Below are positions 22,739-35,860 of a stretch of DNA of 64,000 bases, piece after piece (positions within the stretch are counted from its first letter, which is position 1; each line of letters begins with the position of its first letter). Position numbers and translations under genes: made by a program. The notes under the pieces were generated by a model. The model saw only the letters and a list, made by a program, of their open reading frames with translations. It made no database searches and was not told the DNA's origin. Source of the DNA: Takakia lepidozioides (taxonomy: Eukaryota; Plantae; Bryophyta); contig CM060733.1 in NCBI GenBank assembly GCA_030704615.1, positions 30,380,001 to 30,444,000 of the forward strand. Direction: 5' to 3'.

Positions 22739-22882
22739 TGTTGGAAAACCACCGGCGTGTCGTCGGGCTAGGGATTGAACCTATGACCTCCCCCATTCCG
22801 GTGGGTTGCTCTACCACTGAGCTACCCGTCCTATTCTTTTGTCAAAGTGCCGTGCAAGGGCTATAACCTTGACACTCCAACA
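22739..22882 (-). repeat. 144-bp 5' LTR (TGTTGGA...TCCAACA)
   Basis: 7-bp terminal inverted repeat with TG..CA ends, directly abutting an initiator-Met PBS. Confidence 0.85.
22760..22831 (-). ncRNA. tRNA-derived sequence with Pol III A and B boxes inside the copia LTR
   Basis: Minus strand GGACGGG TA GCTC AGTGGTA GAGC A ACCCA CCGGAAT GGGGG AGGTC ATAGG TTCAATC CCTAG CCCGACG A. tRNA spacing is canonical and the D arm is perfect; acceptor, anticodon and T stems carry mismatches; TTTT follows about 11 nt downstream. Confidence 0.75.
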
Positions 22883-22982
22883 GTTACTTGTTAGAAGTAC
22901 AAGAAGAGGATTTTGCAATACCCTAACTGTAAGACTGCTTCAAGACTATTAAACCCTAAACCCTAAGCAAATATGATCTGAC

Positions 22983-24240
22983 CAATGTTGTGCAGTTCTT
23001 GCCATATTGAAGGAACCTCCGGTTCCGGTTCCTTGGTATATTTTAAAGAGAGGGTTCCGGTTCCGGATCTGGTTCTTTTTTATGAAGCGGTTCCAGTTCC
23101 GGAGCAGATTCTGGTTCCGGTTCCGGGTATCTTTTAGGAAGGAACCGCCGATTCTCTATTTTTTGAATTGAAAAATATATATTAATTTTTTTTATTGTTT
23201 TTTATAAATCTGAAAATGATTTGTGAATCCCCATTAGTTATATCAAATCTTTTGACCATGTTGAAAAGAAACAACACAACATTCATATACAAATTTATGA
23301 AATAATAATAATGCAATGTAAGCGAGTATAAATTAATGTGTGTAGAGTACACAAAGAAATCATTTTATCTCAAACAACTCGGCCTCTGCAATCAACTCCT
23401 CATTGTCATTTCAGTGGACTTCCTCACTATATATATATTTTTAAAATTTATTTATTTATTTATTAAGGGAACAAGGGGTTATATCCTTGATATATTTATT
23501 ATCAATTATTTGATGGGGAAAAAACTTAAAACCCCTTTACACCATGAGGTATACCCACTGTGATTAGTGTAGTTCGAGCCAGCCTCTCTGAACCTCTCTG
23601 AACAGAGATAAAGTCCAAGATACGAAAATAACTCCTATCTACCTCTACATTAAATACAAAAAGAGCATAGATTGTTCCTACAAACTAAACAGCCACCGAG
23701 CGGGCTAATCCTGGGGACCAAAAAACCGGGCACATTGCCCTAGACCTGAAGCCAAGCTTAGGAGAGAGGCTCACTATTAAAAGACAGACGTGAGAGACGA
23801 TACAACATGGAAAAAAAAACAAAAAAAAACTGCTGCCTACGATGCTACCTCCCTGCGCTGCTCCCTCCCCCCGTGCTGATGCTCGCAGCACTTCGCGCAA
23901 GTGGGAGGTGCGAAACTACAGAACCAGGAAAACCAAAAAAAAAAAACGCTGCTCCCTCCCTCACGCGCTGGTGCGCTGATCCCTCTCCCCCGCGCTGAGG
24001 CGCGTTGCTCCTTCCTCCCGGTGCTGCTATGCGCTGCTCCCTCCCCCGCACTGAAGTCGCGCCACTGCAGCAGATCGCGCAGATTGGAGGTGAGAGATGG
24101 GAAAAAAAAAAAAAAAAAAAAACCTAGTGCGGGAACTTGATCGGGAACCGCCACTGAGCCCCGGTCCGGTTCCGATTCCGAGGAACCAGAACAGGAACAG
24201 CGGGTTTCAAGCTGCCTAAGCGGGTACCCATACAACACTG
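22983..24240. mobile_element. Non-autonomous hAT-type element
   Basis: Termini CAATGTTGTG / TACAACACTG; 8-bp TSD GATCTGAC / GATCTCAC (7 of 8); GGTTCC/GGAACC motif clusters at both ends. Confidence 0.75.
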
Positions 24241-25556
24241 GATCTCACTCTGTTTTCTTAATATTTTAGGTGATTTGTGCATACCGGGCTACAATTTATC
24301 GATATGCTATTTCTCGCTCTTATGGGTTTTATATATATGTGAGATTAGTGTGTGTGTTGAGGGAACAGGGAACCCTCAATTCTAAACTGAGCAACGTCAA
24401 GAAGCCCGTAATAAATTTATGAAGGACAAGCCGGCCGAGGTTTAACCGGGCATGTCACGATGGCGGCTGTACTAGTTCTCCATCCATAAGTACTTTAACA
24501 GGAAAAGTATCGCTCTAAATCGATATTTACTCTGCCAAAACCTAGAGTTGTAAGACGTTCAGATTGACTAGGATTCGATGACGCGTCAAAGTTGATTGGG
24601 ATCTATAAGTTACAGCAGGGAAGATTGAGTCTTTTCGCTTTTAAAGGGACAGTTCTGTTGTGCGTCTACAAATTGTGGCGATCTGGTATCTGTTGTACAG
24701 CAATTTCACGGAATCTAACAGGATATGGGAGGTTGGAATCATATACTTCTTCCGAACCTTGGGATGGGTTGAAATCTGTACTTACTTGGCTGACAGGATG
24801 ACGTGTGGCAGACATGCAAAGATTGCAAAGGATCTCATGATCCAGGGAGCTCGATCTTACCGTTGGTCATCACAGTGGATCCACGAGAAGTCCAATGAAC
24901 TCGAGGAGAAGAATCCAACCCAACTCTGCAAGATGTTATCTAGTATATAAGAACAGGACATTCAGCAAGCAAGCGCGGAGAAGGCCTATTGCTTGCACAG
25001 TCCCGAGCTCTGATTCATAAAATTGTAGAATTGCCTGGGGGAGCACCGCGCAGACTTTCAGCTTTTGAGGTAACCGTGGAGGGAGTGCAGGAGTCCCAGG
25101 GATCTGAACTCTGCCAGGTTGTCTGTAGTGCGGGTGCCAGAATCTCAGCTGCAGCCTCAGGCAACGACAGCGCACCAGCCCCGGCTCGTACAGCAGGTGC
25201 CGATTGGATTACTCATTTTTGTCGATATGTCCAGATAAGCTCCAGACTGGAATTGCTGATTGAGTGTTCATCAGTTAGTGATAGCTTGACATGGGTCCTC
25301 TAACTTTGCGTTTATGATGATCACCATAGATCCTGCAGATCCTTGAAGTTCATACAGACAAACTGTCTGTGGAGCGTTTACTTGAAACTACCTAGCTCAG
25401 GAGGTAAATCGGAGCCAACTTATCTGTTCTACTGTAACAGTACTGGTGCCACCCCAGCTTTATGCAGAAGTCCGAATTTTGTGCTCTCAATAGGCCTCTC
25501 AATACTACTGATAGAAGCAGACCTAATATGTTTTTCCTCGGCAGGTGCCAGGAACA

Positions 25557-25823
25557 ATGGAAGGAAAGGTCAACCCAATGACACAGGAAGCGGCATCGAG
25601 AGTTCAATCCGCGGAGGCGCGTAGCCACAATGGGATTGTCGCAAAGGGGTGGTTTGCATCCCGGGCACAGTCGGCCGCTGCCGGGAATGCAACTCAGGCC
25701 CGTGCCACTGCGACTGTACACAAGGGGAGCTCGGCACCGTCGGCTGCTGCTAACCCTTTTTCAAGCGGAGGCCAGGGCGCCAAAGGAGCGGGCGGCAAGG
25801 GCGGTGGCGGGGGAAAGAAGTAG
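25557..25823 (+). CDS. Small SMP-domain/LEA-like hydrophilic protein (88 aa) with Gly/Lys tail
   Basis: PMTQEAASRVQSAEARSHNGIVAKGWFASRAQSAA resembles the SMP repeat (A..vQSAE.R..G....GG.A...QSAA). A splice acceptor at 25544 suggests a 5' UTR intron. Confidence 0.6.
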   Translation: MEGKVNPMTQEAASRVQSAEARSHNGIVAKGWFASRAQSAAAGNATQARATATVHKGSSAPSAAANPFSSGGQGAKGAGGKGGGGGKK

Positions 25824-26371
25824 ACAACTGCAATCTAAGAATTTCCAGCGAGCTATCAGAGTGCCTGCCTCTAAATTGGCCTCAGTAGCCCATGCGTTTT
25901 GCCGATGCGATGCGTTTTGCCGCACACTGATCGAGCTGCTGAGGCAGTCCTCAAAGTGCAGATGAGCTGCACAGAAGTTCCGTGTAGTAGAGAGTCAGAT
26001 CGAAGACTGGTGTATGTCATTTTGGAGTAAGATATATCAATTCCCAACTGTTACGTCGCTTTGAACAAACGATACACGTTTCTAATATAATACTTCGGAG
26101 TGTTCTTGTTCGGATGCAAAAGTGTCGAGTGCACTACCACCACTGTGAATGTTTGTCAGCTGCTCGTGCTTAGCACTTAGCGCTTCACACGTAGCTTATG
26201 ATAACTCACTTGCAAAGGCCGATAATCGAATTCTCAGACTCGGCGCAACCGGTCGACATATCCAAGCTTCATAATCCGAGCTTCGTAGACATTATATTCC
26301 CCCCATGATTCCACCTTAGAAGCCTCTCTGAACTAACACTTAATTCTTGGGAGAACCGATCTTTCATGACA

Positions 26372-26696
26372 ATCTTCCAACCTCCATAACAAGGTTATCT
26401 TATGGAAATCTGACGAAGACCATACAATTTACAAAATCTGTACTCTTGATGATGTCTGGCACTGTTTGGCATCGATTCCCCATCTTCCAACCTCCATAAC
26501 AAAATATTACAGTTGGACATTACCATACAATTTACAAAATCTGTACTCTTGATGATGTCTGGCACTGTTTGGCATCGATTCCCCATCTTCCAACCTCCAT
26601 AACAAGGTATTACAGTTGGAAATCTGACGAAGACCATACAATTTACAAAATCTGTACTCTTGATAATGTCTGGCACTGTTTGGCATCGATTCCCCA
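26372..26696. repeat. Three tandem copies of a ~102-111 bp unit
   Basis: ATCTTCCAACCTCCATAACAA...GGCACTGTTTGGCATCGATTCCCC starts at about 26372, 26483 and 26585. Confidence 0.85.
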
Positions 26697-27358
26697 GGAT
26701 GATGAACGTATGTGGAAACTCCTAAAATGGAAATTACTCGAGAACATTCTACGTGGGACTAATTAGATTGATAAACGAGAAGAAGCAAATGCTCTAGATT
26801 AAAAATAATTTCATATAATAATCCAACTGTTAACATATTAATCTATATATTGGTAATATATCGTATATCTATGTCATACTTCTAAATGGATGTAATGTAA
26901 AACCTTACTGAATGGATTAGATACGTAAAAGAATTTTGGCCAAATTGATTTTCAATTGTAAATTGAATACGAAATATTTATATTAGTTCACTCCTTGGGT
27001 TAACTTTGTCCTTCTCCCTTTTCGAAATTCGGTGTGTATGCTTCATGGCCCCATAATCTCACAAATTAAACGAAACAAGTATTCAAAGGTACAGTCAATA
27101 CTTCAAAGGAAGACGGACAAATTAAACATGACATTAATTCACACGTACAGACGAGGCAACCAACCACGATATGTTCTCTCGACTGCCTTTCACTACACTG
27201 ACAGGTTCTGCATTTGAAACGTTACGCTGCTCCACGTATTGAGGAGCGTCTGTCTATCCGTCCCTTCTTTCGGTCACTTATTTCCTTGTTGCAATTTTAA
27301 ATCGCTCGTCCAGACCACAGTTTGCAGCTTTCTTTGGCAGTCTTTATCGCTAATAGGT

Positions 27359-27556
27359 ATGTCAGGCAAGGCCACTCCACCTGCAGCCGCACCGGACAAG
27401 ATGGAGCCGAAGACTCTCCCACCAAAGCTGCAGACGAATCTGCAGCACCAACTCGTCAAGGAAGTCAGAGGAAGTCAGGCCCACGCCAACAAGGGAGAGG
27501 TGGCGAAAGGCGAACTTGCCGCCCAGCCAGAGGCCGCGGGGTTTGGGAAGGACTAA
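27359..27556 (+). CDS. Small hydrophilic protein (65 aa), possibly a diverged SMP/LEA-like paralogue
   Basis: MSGKATPP...GEVAKGELAAQPEAAGFGKD; weak resemblance to the 25557 protein; the 3' half recurs, disrupted, near 47028. Confidence 0.35.
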   Translation: MSGKATPPAAAPDKMEPKTLPPKLQTNLQHQLVKEVRGSQAHANKGEVAKGELAAQPEAAGFGKD

Positions 27557-30068
27557 TTGCGTACGGTGCTAGAGTTGGATTGACTGGGGCTGTAAATGTA
27601 TCCAGCACTGAAGTAGTGTAAGAGAAGCACAATTGATCTGAATGCCAAATCTGTTCATGCAGCCAGGGCCTGCAGACTGCAAGTTTAAGCGCTTGCAGGT
27701 CTACCCATGTGTAACTTAGATGCACGCAGTGGTCCACGATGCATTTTGATTGCGCCAAGGCGGATATTTGCTTCTACTGCAGTGGAGCTAGATTTTCACT
27801 CATCGTTAACACGCCATAAGCATCGGATCTAGCATGTGTAAGCTCGGATCAGATATAACTCAAAAATCTTGTTTAATTATATATACAAGGTGATAACCAG
27901 GTATACAAGGTGATAACTCCTGCAAGTACTAAAAATCTATCCATTAAAGTTTGGTAGATTGTTTTTTTTTTATTTGTTTGTTTTTGTAACGTCGTTGAGA
28001 TCCCCCAAAAGGTGCCCCGGGTCTTGATACAGCTGGAAAGCCCTCAATGAGTAGTAGGGATGTATCCGCTGTTTCATAATTTTTGGACCTGCTGTAGTGT
28101 GAAAACTATGGTAATTTTGGGCGAAATACCGCCAAGTTTATTTTTGCGCAATCTAGGATGAATGAAGGCCCTGTGTGCAATATACGATGCTGGACTTTCG
28201 TTCTTTTCCAAACCTAAATTCTCGGATGGCACCGCAGCAAGAGAGATGATGGTTCCGAGCTAAGTGTGAAGCACGAGAGGTGATGGCTCTGAGCTAAGTG
28301 TGAAGCACGAGCAGCTGACAGAATAAACAATATTCATAAACAATATAAACAATATTGTTTAAGCACCGACGAATATTGTTTATGAAGCGTAGTGATAAGC
28401 CTTGCTTTCTTCTCCTTTTTGAGACTGCCGGCAAGATATGCTGATAAAGGAGACTGTCAGTGTACTCGATTTTGGTATCTGCTGCTGCTATCGCAGGATA
28501 GGCTGGCGACATGTACTAAAGGGGCACCTGGTGAGATTAGTACGATCTTTGAAGCGGGGGAGGATGTAGAGAGAGGTAAGGTGAAGAGCGGGTTCTCTGG
28601 GATGAGCTGAGAGGGGACCAGCTTTGCTAAATGACGCTGTGTTTTGCTATATGCTTCTGAGTAGCAAGAGTGGCTGTGGAATGTCTTGTTTTTAGAAAAT
28701 AGTAAAGGAGCAGCAGGCCACTTCTCACTCTTGTTTCCCGTCAGAAGAATTCAGCTCTGAGGTAGCACTTAGTGGGGAATTTGCTTGAGATAGAGGTCAG
28801 TAATTTTTAAGGGGTAAATTCTCTCTGCTGTAATGGTGTAGCTTGACTCCTATGATTTGCTCCTCAGCTCCACTGCCGCTGAGCATGGACCAGAATGCTT
28901 GGATTTCAGCCCTGAGCACATAGTGTCATCACTGAGAGAAGAGGGATGGAAGGGAGAGGCAAAGCGAGTACGACCCTCGAGTGTTTGAGATCCGAGAGTA
29001 TGAGAAAGGAAACATAGGGATACTTGTATCTGACACCTTCCATGTGCTGGCACAGCCGAGTTGGAACATCCGCACGGCTTCAGCAAGACCTCATACTTAA
29101 GTTATGCAATCACCATGAACAAGAAGTGGTTGTAATTCAGAATAATTATCTGTAACCAACCTGTGCTGTCCCCTCCGCTGCAGTGCAGGTGGGTAAGTAA
29201 AGATGGTCTGTTTGTTCACAATGATGTGTTGAATGCCCGTCCTTTCAAACTACAATTCCATCAAAATCACGATGGCGGAGATCTTCATAATCTGAAGTAA
29301 ATTGCGGGCACTGTTTACGAGAAAGCGCAGGGAAAGTGCGAAGTGCTTGGCCTTGTGTACAAGCGGCCGTATGGCATTCACGGGTTTTCCTTTTATCCCC
29401 TTCAATAACTCCACGTAAAGTTTACAAGGGCTTCCTCTCCTTTTCATTACAAACAAAAAGAAGAGAAAGTCGCAGACGCAAGAGGTCGTGTTTGTTGACT
29501 AGTGTCCACGACTATGGTCAGCAGGTCCCGCCAGCTTCTCCCCTTGCTCGATGGTCACGGACCCTGCGTTTACGCGGTCGGATGGAAGGTGGTGACCCGG
29601 GGACGAGTGCAAGTAAACGCAAGTCGGTGGGTAGGACGACGCGTTGACACAACACAGCGCGTTTGTTGGAAGAAGACGACGACTCACGTCAACGGCTTGT
29701 GCCTACATAACGGCCCCGCTCTCTTTGCTTCTCTAAACTCAGGCTTTACAGCAAGCGAGGAGAGTTGAGATTGTCCAGTAACAGCCTTGTCCAGAGGCGG
29801 TGTATCCTGATCCCTCTATCAGATACACAGGGAGCGATTGAGCTGCAGTGAATCCAACGAGCTGAATTAGAGAGTGAAAGTGGGATTGAACGGATTTGCG
29901 AAACTTGAGAAATCAGATACTTGACGAGGAAACGAAAATCCACGTTCAAATCATCGAGCCTTATATAGGTGACAAATAGAGAGCTCAGTACTTAAGCTTC
30001 ACTTTCAACTCCAGCACGCGGAGAGGATTCAACGCGGTCGATTATCTGCAGCTGATTTTGTTGACAAT

Positions 30069-32640
30069 ATGGAGGCTCTATTGAACTCAATGGCTTCGTG
30101 GAAATCCCTTCCTGGACTCACAACACCAGTGAGGAAGTTGTCTTTCTCAGAAGTCCAACATTCGCTGACATTTTCGGGGGCACCCGCATCGACATCATCA
30201 TTCTCCTCCAAACAAAAACCTCAAAGCGTCCATGCAACTCTATTGGAACCTACGTCAGAGCTGAATGAAAATTCCTTGTGGGAATTTGGAAGGCTTGCCG
30301 ATAACTTGACTTCCGCTGGAAGCTCCACGGGTAGCTTCGGTACATGGAGCAGTTCTCCTCCTCATGCAGGACGGTCTTCAGGGATCTCGGCCACCTTGGG
30401 GGAGGAACTTCTCACATATCAAGGCGCTAAGCTCCAGAGGTCAAGAAGCTTGGAGGAAACGGAGAGAAGAAGAAAAGAGATGATCCCCTTGCATAAACTG
30501 CGCCAAGGAGGTTTTGTGGAGGATTGCTTGATGTACAGACAGATATTTGTAATTCGGTCTTATGAAGTGGGCGCAGACAAGGCAACGTCGATTGATACTC
30601 TTTTTAGTCTATTTCAAGTGAGTGCTAACTTCTCCGTACCCGTTCTTACTGAGATCCGATGGTGTACTAGGGAAGAGCGCTTGTTCACGAATGAATAATA
30701 GCTACATTGAACCTACACAGGTCTGAAGCTTAGTTACTCATCCACACGGGGCACTCTGACTGCTTAGTGCCTACAAATCGCCCAGGAAACTCTTGACTGT
30801 GATACACTTCCCCGAACATCTAGACTGTGTACAGTCTTCAATTCAATTTTGAAACTCTCTAGAGCTTCTACACTAATATTATAAATAAGGCATATCGAAA
30901 TCTCTGCTTAAGCAATTGAGTCGGATCACAAAATCACCCTGTGAGAGTCCTTCGAAGTGGATCAAAGTGGCTTATAGTTGGAGCGTTGATCTGCAGGAAA
31001 TGGCACTTTGTCACGTGTCGTTGTTAGGTATTAGCGGGGACGGCTTTGGAGCAACACGCGCCATGAATCGTTGTCGACTAATCTGGGTGGTGACAAAAAT
31101 GCATGTGGAAGTCGAGCGGTACCCTGCCTGGTAAGCTTAAATTTGTTTTGCATGAAGCATGATTGGCTCTATCCTGGAGTTCGCCATGAATGGACCACTT
31201 CACCCACTTGTCGGCCACGGTCAAGATGTGCTGTGTGGCGGTAGGTTTGGTGGATAGTGGCATACCGATGGAAGGAGTGCAGCATGCAGCCCGACCCCGT
31301 ATGGTTGGACCCGCCTCTGGATATTGCGCTGTTGCAGCTTGATTTACCGTATACATGAGAAGGAGTGACTTGGAAATGTGAGCTAAGCTTTCTGCCACTA
31401 TATGATTGTTGTGCAGGCCTGAAGTAGTGGAGATAGACACTTGGGTTACGAGCGCTGGCAAGAATGGAATGCGACGCGACTGGGTGATGCGGAGCTATCA
31501 AACCGGCGAGGTCCTCGCTCGTGCAACCAGGTACATCATCACGGATCTGAAACTTGGCTACTGCATGGGAAACAAAGCTGTCACATGTATATAGAAGTTT
31601 GTTAACTGGGATTTTTTAACTATGATTCTTGAGCTATTATTAATATTTGTCTGTTTGATAATGGATTGTGCAGCACATGGGTGATGATGCACGAAGACAC
31701 ACGGCGCCTCTCCAAGATTCCTGACGAAGTTAGAGCCGAGATTGAACCATGCTTCATTGAAAACCGCTCGGCTTTTCCTCCGTCTCAAATTTGCCCGAAG
31801 ATTGTCAAGCTGACAGACGACACAGCCGACTTCACAAGCTCTAACCTCACTGTAAGTTGTCATAATACTCCTAGTCACCAAGGAAGCATCATACGTGTCT
31901 CGCATTGATAGACACTCAAACTCACGTAACTGACCTTGTTACCTTTCTAAGTGCAGTGACTTACAACTCAATCGCATGGTGATATTTAGAGCAATTCCTT
32001 TAAACTACGCAATTGTTTGTGTCTGTGTACTTTGGATGTGGCTCTTATGGTGCATTTTGTTGGCCTGCAGTCTTGCAGAGGAGATTTGGACGTAAATCAG
32101 CATGTGAGCAACCTCAAGTACATCAGCTGGGTACTACAGGTACAATTCGATCCGTCCACACGAACAAAAGAAATCTGCTGCAATTAACAAGTTTTACAAG
32201 TAGTATGTAATTCGCCCTCGGATTTGGTCTTTTACTGGTCCCAAAGATGATGATATGTTTAAGATGCTAAATTTGCAACGGGGTAAATGTTGCAGAGTGT
32301 TCCGCCACGAAACTTTGAGACTCACGAATTGACCAGCCTGACTCTGGAATACCGACGCGAATGCACCAGCTCTGACGTTGTGGAGTCCCTCACAAGACCC
32401 GAGGCAACAGACACTGCGCCACAAACTGCAGAGGCTAACACAAACGGAAATGGTAGCTGTGGAGAGAATTTGCACATGAAAGGAAGTCACGCAGATGAGG
32501 CTTTCACGTCCCAGCTCGGAAGGTCTGGAATGGCGGTCGAGACTTTTAGCCAGTTTACTCATTTACTTCGCACTCAGGGAGAGAATGCCGAAATCGTCCG
32601 AGGGCGTACCTGCTGGCGACCACGGAGCGAACAACACTGA
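30069..32640 (+). CDS. Acyl-ACP thioesterase (Fat family, FatB-like), copy 1, 462 aa. Exons 30069-30617, 30997-31130, 31417-31530, 31674-31851, 32071-32139, 32296-32640.
   Basis: YRQIFVIRSYEVGADK, DGFGATRAM...LIWVVTKMHVEVERYPAW, GKNGMRRDW, TRRLSKIPDEVRAEI, DLDVNQHVSNLKY and LEYRREC; five phase-consistent GT-AG introns; Ser-rich transit-like N-terminus. Confidence 0.93.
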
Positions 32641-35179
32641 GCACAAGTTCCACCCCCTCCATTGCATACTAGAGGAATTCCTATTAGAGGAGGCGCTTCT
32701 CAAGATTAGTATAAGAGCCGCCTTCTGAGGCTCTTATGTACACGGCTCTTGCCCACATCATTCTAGATAGGCATAGCATTTCCCTCATTGGGAAAATGTG
32801 ATCTCGATGGATATCGAGCCACCATAATTTATGATCCAAAAGGATAAACGGTCGAAACGAATTTACAGAGGTTACTGCTCTACGCAGAGCCCCAGGAGAG
32901 GATGATTGGAACATTGCAGGAGTGAGCCCACCCGCGAGCCTGGTTACAACATACCATGACAAATGGATCTGTTGAAGGTTTGGTCAATTCAGGGCTCTGT
33001 GCTGCGAACACCACTCGGACTTATGAATCCGACATGTACATACATTTGTACCTCATGTGTAATATATTAACAATGGTTAGCTATCTGTACATTTTCAAAT
33101 ACTGCCCCTTCAAGAAACGACCTCAGTGTGCACATCTGTCAATTTTACATCACTTCAAGTATATGATTGAACGACAGACTGTTTTTCAGATCTGGTAGGT
33201 TGGTGAGGAAACACACTGACTTGGACTGTACACCACTTGAAAGAAATCTAGATAACTTTAGGCAACCTCATTTTTCAGAAAAGCAGGGAGAGCAGTATCA
33301 TAGTCTAACTGATTTCCAAGCTCGAAGCGCATCGAAGCGTTGCATTGCACAGTACCGTCAAATTCTGCTGCTCTTTGCTTCAGTCCCTTCACAAGTCATC
33401 CAGCTGGAAAACCTTAGATAATTCCTCCCCTCATTGGCATATCGCTCTCTTTCTAGATATGAAAAAGGGAATATGCTTCAATGAGCCCCCATTCAAGTTG
33501 CTAAAAGAAAAAGACAAGAAAAGGGGGCGCGTTAGCAGGGTTTCGGAATTCATGAATGCATGTACTAAATTTTGGTAGGATAATCCTTAAAGAACCTAGA
33601 GCGCTGGCCAATCACCCAGATAAAAAAAAAATTTGGGTACAGCAGCATATATATATATGAGCTGTTGGATTTGTTCCTCATTGAGAGCCACTAAGTTTTG
33701 AGATGTTTGAAAACAATGACACTTTGTGGCATGGACCGCTGTGGCTTCGAAGACGGATTCTGTTAAAGCTCTACAAAGAAACAAGGAATAACTCACTAAC
33801 ACCCATGCAAGTACACAGTTCCTTGGTGCTCGATCATTTATTTATCGCTATTGTCAATGATCAGTAGACAACCATTACATGAGTACATGTTACACACACT
33901 TCTCGTATCCTACTCGTATCCTAAATAAGATGCAAAAAAATACACCAACTACCGTAACAGAGTATGTACTAAGTACAAGCCACACTTTAGCCTGTTCAAA
34001 AATGGCTAACTGGCTAACTGTGGTGAACGTTTTGGAACGTCTGTGGGACCTTCCTGTGAAATCTTCATAGTAATTAGTAAGTGAACGTAAAAGCAATCTT
34101 TATTTTTCGTTCAATACTCCCACTCGTTCACTAAATCTACTAAGCTGAATACTGGAGTGTCGATGACTACTAGAAGTGAACGCAGCTTGGTGAAACGACA
34201 GCCTTAGTACAGCCTGCTGGAAGGCAGTAGCCCTTGTGGTGAAGAGAGACCATAATTTACGCTCCCTTCGGGAGGCGTCTATATTATTAATTAATACAGC
34301 CTTTTCCCTAGATCCCTCTTTCCCTGGACTAAGATCTCAAGTTCCTTCCGTCCTTTCTCTACCCTTGTATTTTCACAAATCTCTGGGTCTGCCGTCGGAC
34401 GATCATATACCTGATATGCGATGGGCAGTATATAATCACATAGTCTCGTATCATGTGACATTCAAGAGCGAGTATGCACGCAGCATGCACGAGATCGTCA
34501 GTTTGAAAGCATGTGGCTGTCTGAGGAGGGGGGGTGTTGAATCTCTAGTGCAACCCTCCTAGATATCGTTTACTTAATCAGTCCTCAATAATTTACTAGT
34601 GAATGTAGTGTAGCATTAGTGAAGCTTATAGATAGGCAGTTATTCCACAGTCCTGGCCACCACCACCGTCTTGGTAGGTAGGTCAGTCTCTTGGGTTGGT
34701 AGATAGTTGGTAGTTAATTAATTCCCATATCAATAATGCCTCTCTCTCTCATTAGATAAATAGTGCTCTCTCCTTCTGATTCTCCATTCTACGGTCCCCA
34801 AGCTGTAAATTCAGAGCCAGCGCTTCTTTTTTAGGCGAAATAGAGCCTAAAAGCGATAAAAAACAAAGGGCTGCGACAAGCCCTATGTAAAATCCTGGGA
34901 AAAACAAAAAATGCGCCAGAAAATAGGGGGCGCGCGCGGGCTGGTGCCAGAGAGCTCAAGGGGAACATGCGAGTTGCGCCAGAAATACACGTTTCCCACA
35001 GCCCTACATCTAGCTGCTGTCGCCCCATCGCGCGATCAACTGTAGAGATCTCGCCATGCAGCACGACCTGGATCGTTGGATCGCCAGGGTTTTGGCCGCC
35101 GCAAGGGCATGCCGTCGCCACTGCGCGCAGCCCTGCGGAGCTTCACCATCGCCATCTCTCCTCGCAGCTTGCTTTCAAA

Positions 35180-35860
35180 ATTTCGCCTAAGATCTTTATA
35201 TTGGAGTTTTTTTTAGTACCATATTGCTCTTTCACATTGGGCTATGGTGGTACCTTGCTATTTGAAATTGAGGTCGTGATGTTTACTGGCCCATTGTAGG
35301 ACTACTTTGATTAATTAGTTTCAGATTTCAGATTGTGAATCGGCTGTCCTGCCTCACTTGATATCAATTTGTTCCTTCACCATCCTCAATGGTGCCACCT
35401 TGCTACTTGAAATTGAGGCTATGGTTTTTGCTGGCCATCTTTGGACTTCTTTGATTAATTATTTTAGATTTCAGATTGTGAGTGGGCTGCCATGCCTACA
35501 TTGGTACTAGTTTGCTCCTTCAAATTGGACTATGGTGTCACTTTGTTATTTGATAGTGAGGCGATGCTTACTGCCCCAGATTAAGACTTGATCAATTAAT
35601 TTCATATTTCAGATTTTAAATAGAGTTGATTAATTATTTTAGATTTCATATTGTGAGTGGGCTGCCATGGTACGAGTTTGCTCCTTCAAATTGGACTATG
35701 GTGTCACTTTGTTATTTGATATTGAGGCCATGATGCTTGCTGGCCCAGTTTAAGACTCGATCAATAAATTTCAGATTTCAGATTTTAAATAGACTGTTAT
35801 GCCTACATTGCTTCTTGACATTAGGCAATGGTGCCACTTTGCTACTTGAGATTAGGCTCT
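35180..35860. repeat. Degenerate tandem repeat
   Basis: Recurring blocks TTTCAGATTTCAGATT and TATGGTG...TTGCTA.TTGAAATTGAGG, 4-5 times. Confidence 0.6.

Larger units (their letters stand above)
19453..22882 (-). mobile_element. Ty1/copia LTR retrotransposon, 3'-truncated and frameshifted (LTR, PBS, gag, protease, integrase, partial RT)
   Basis: gag KLVGKTNYSVWKFK; knuckle-like CNRCGRDGHWAKKC in an alternate frame; protease WIVDSGASRH; WHRRLGH; integrase VHTDLCGP, LRTDRGGEF, QQNGISERKN; RT KARLVA...YVDDLL ending after MTDLG; PBS TGGTATCAGAGC at 22738-22727. Confidence 0.93.

Noticed and set aside
22760-22831. Functional tRNA gene
   Set aside because: Mismatches in the acceptor, anticodon and T stems and no U33; kept only as a tRNA-derived LTR component.
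29336-30030. ORFs upstream of the Fat genes that recur in both copies (also 48520-49180)
   Set aside because: The similarity reflects recent duplication; indels change the frames and lengths, and no domain is recognisable.
33852-34130. Possible LTR plus polypurine tract on the minus strand (similar CTCCCACTCGTT near 59252)
   Set aside because: No partner LTR, TSD or linked internal domain could be established.
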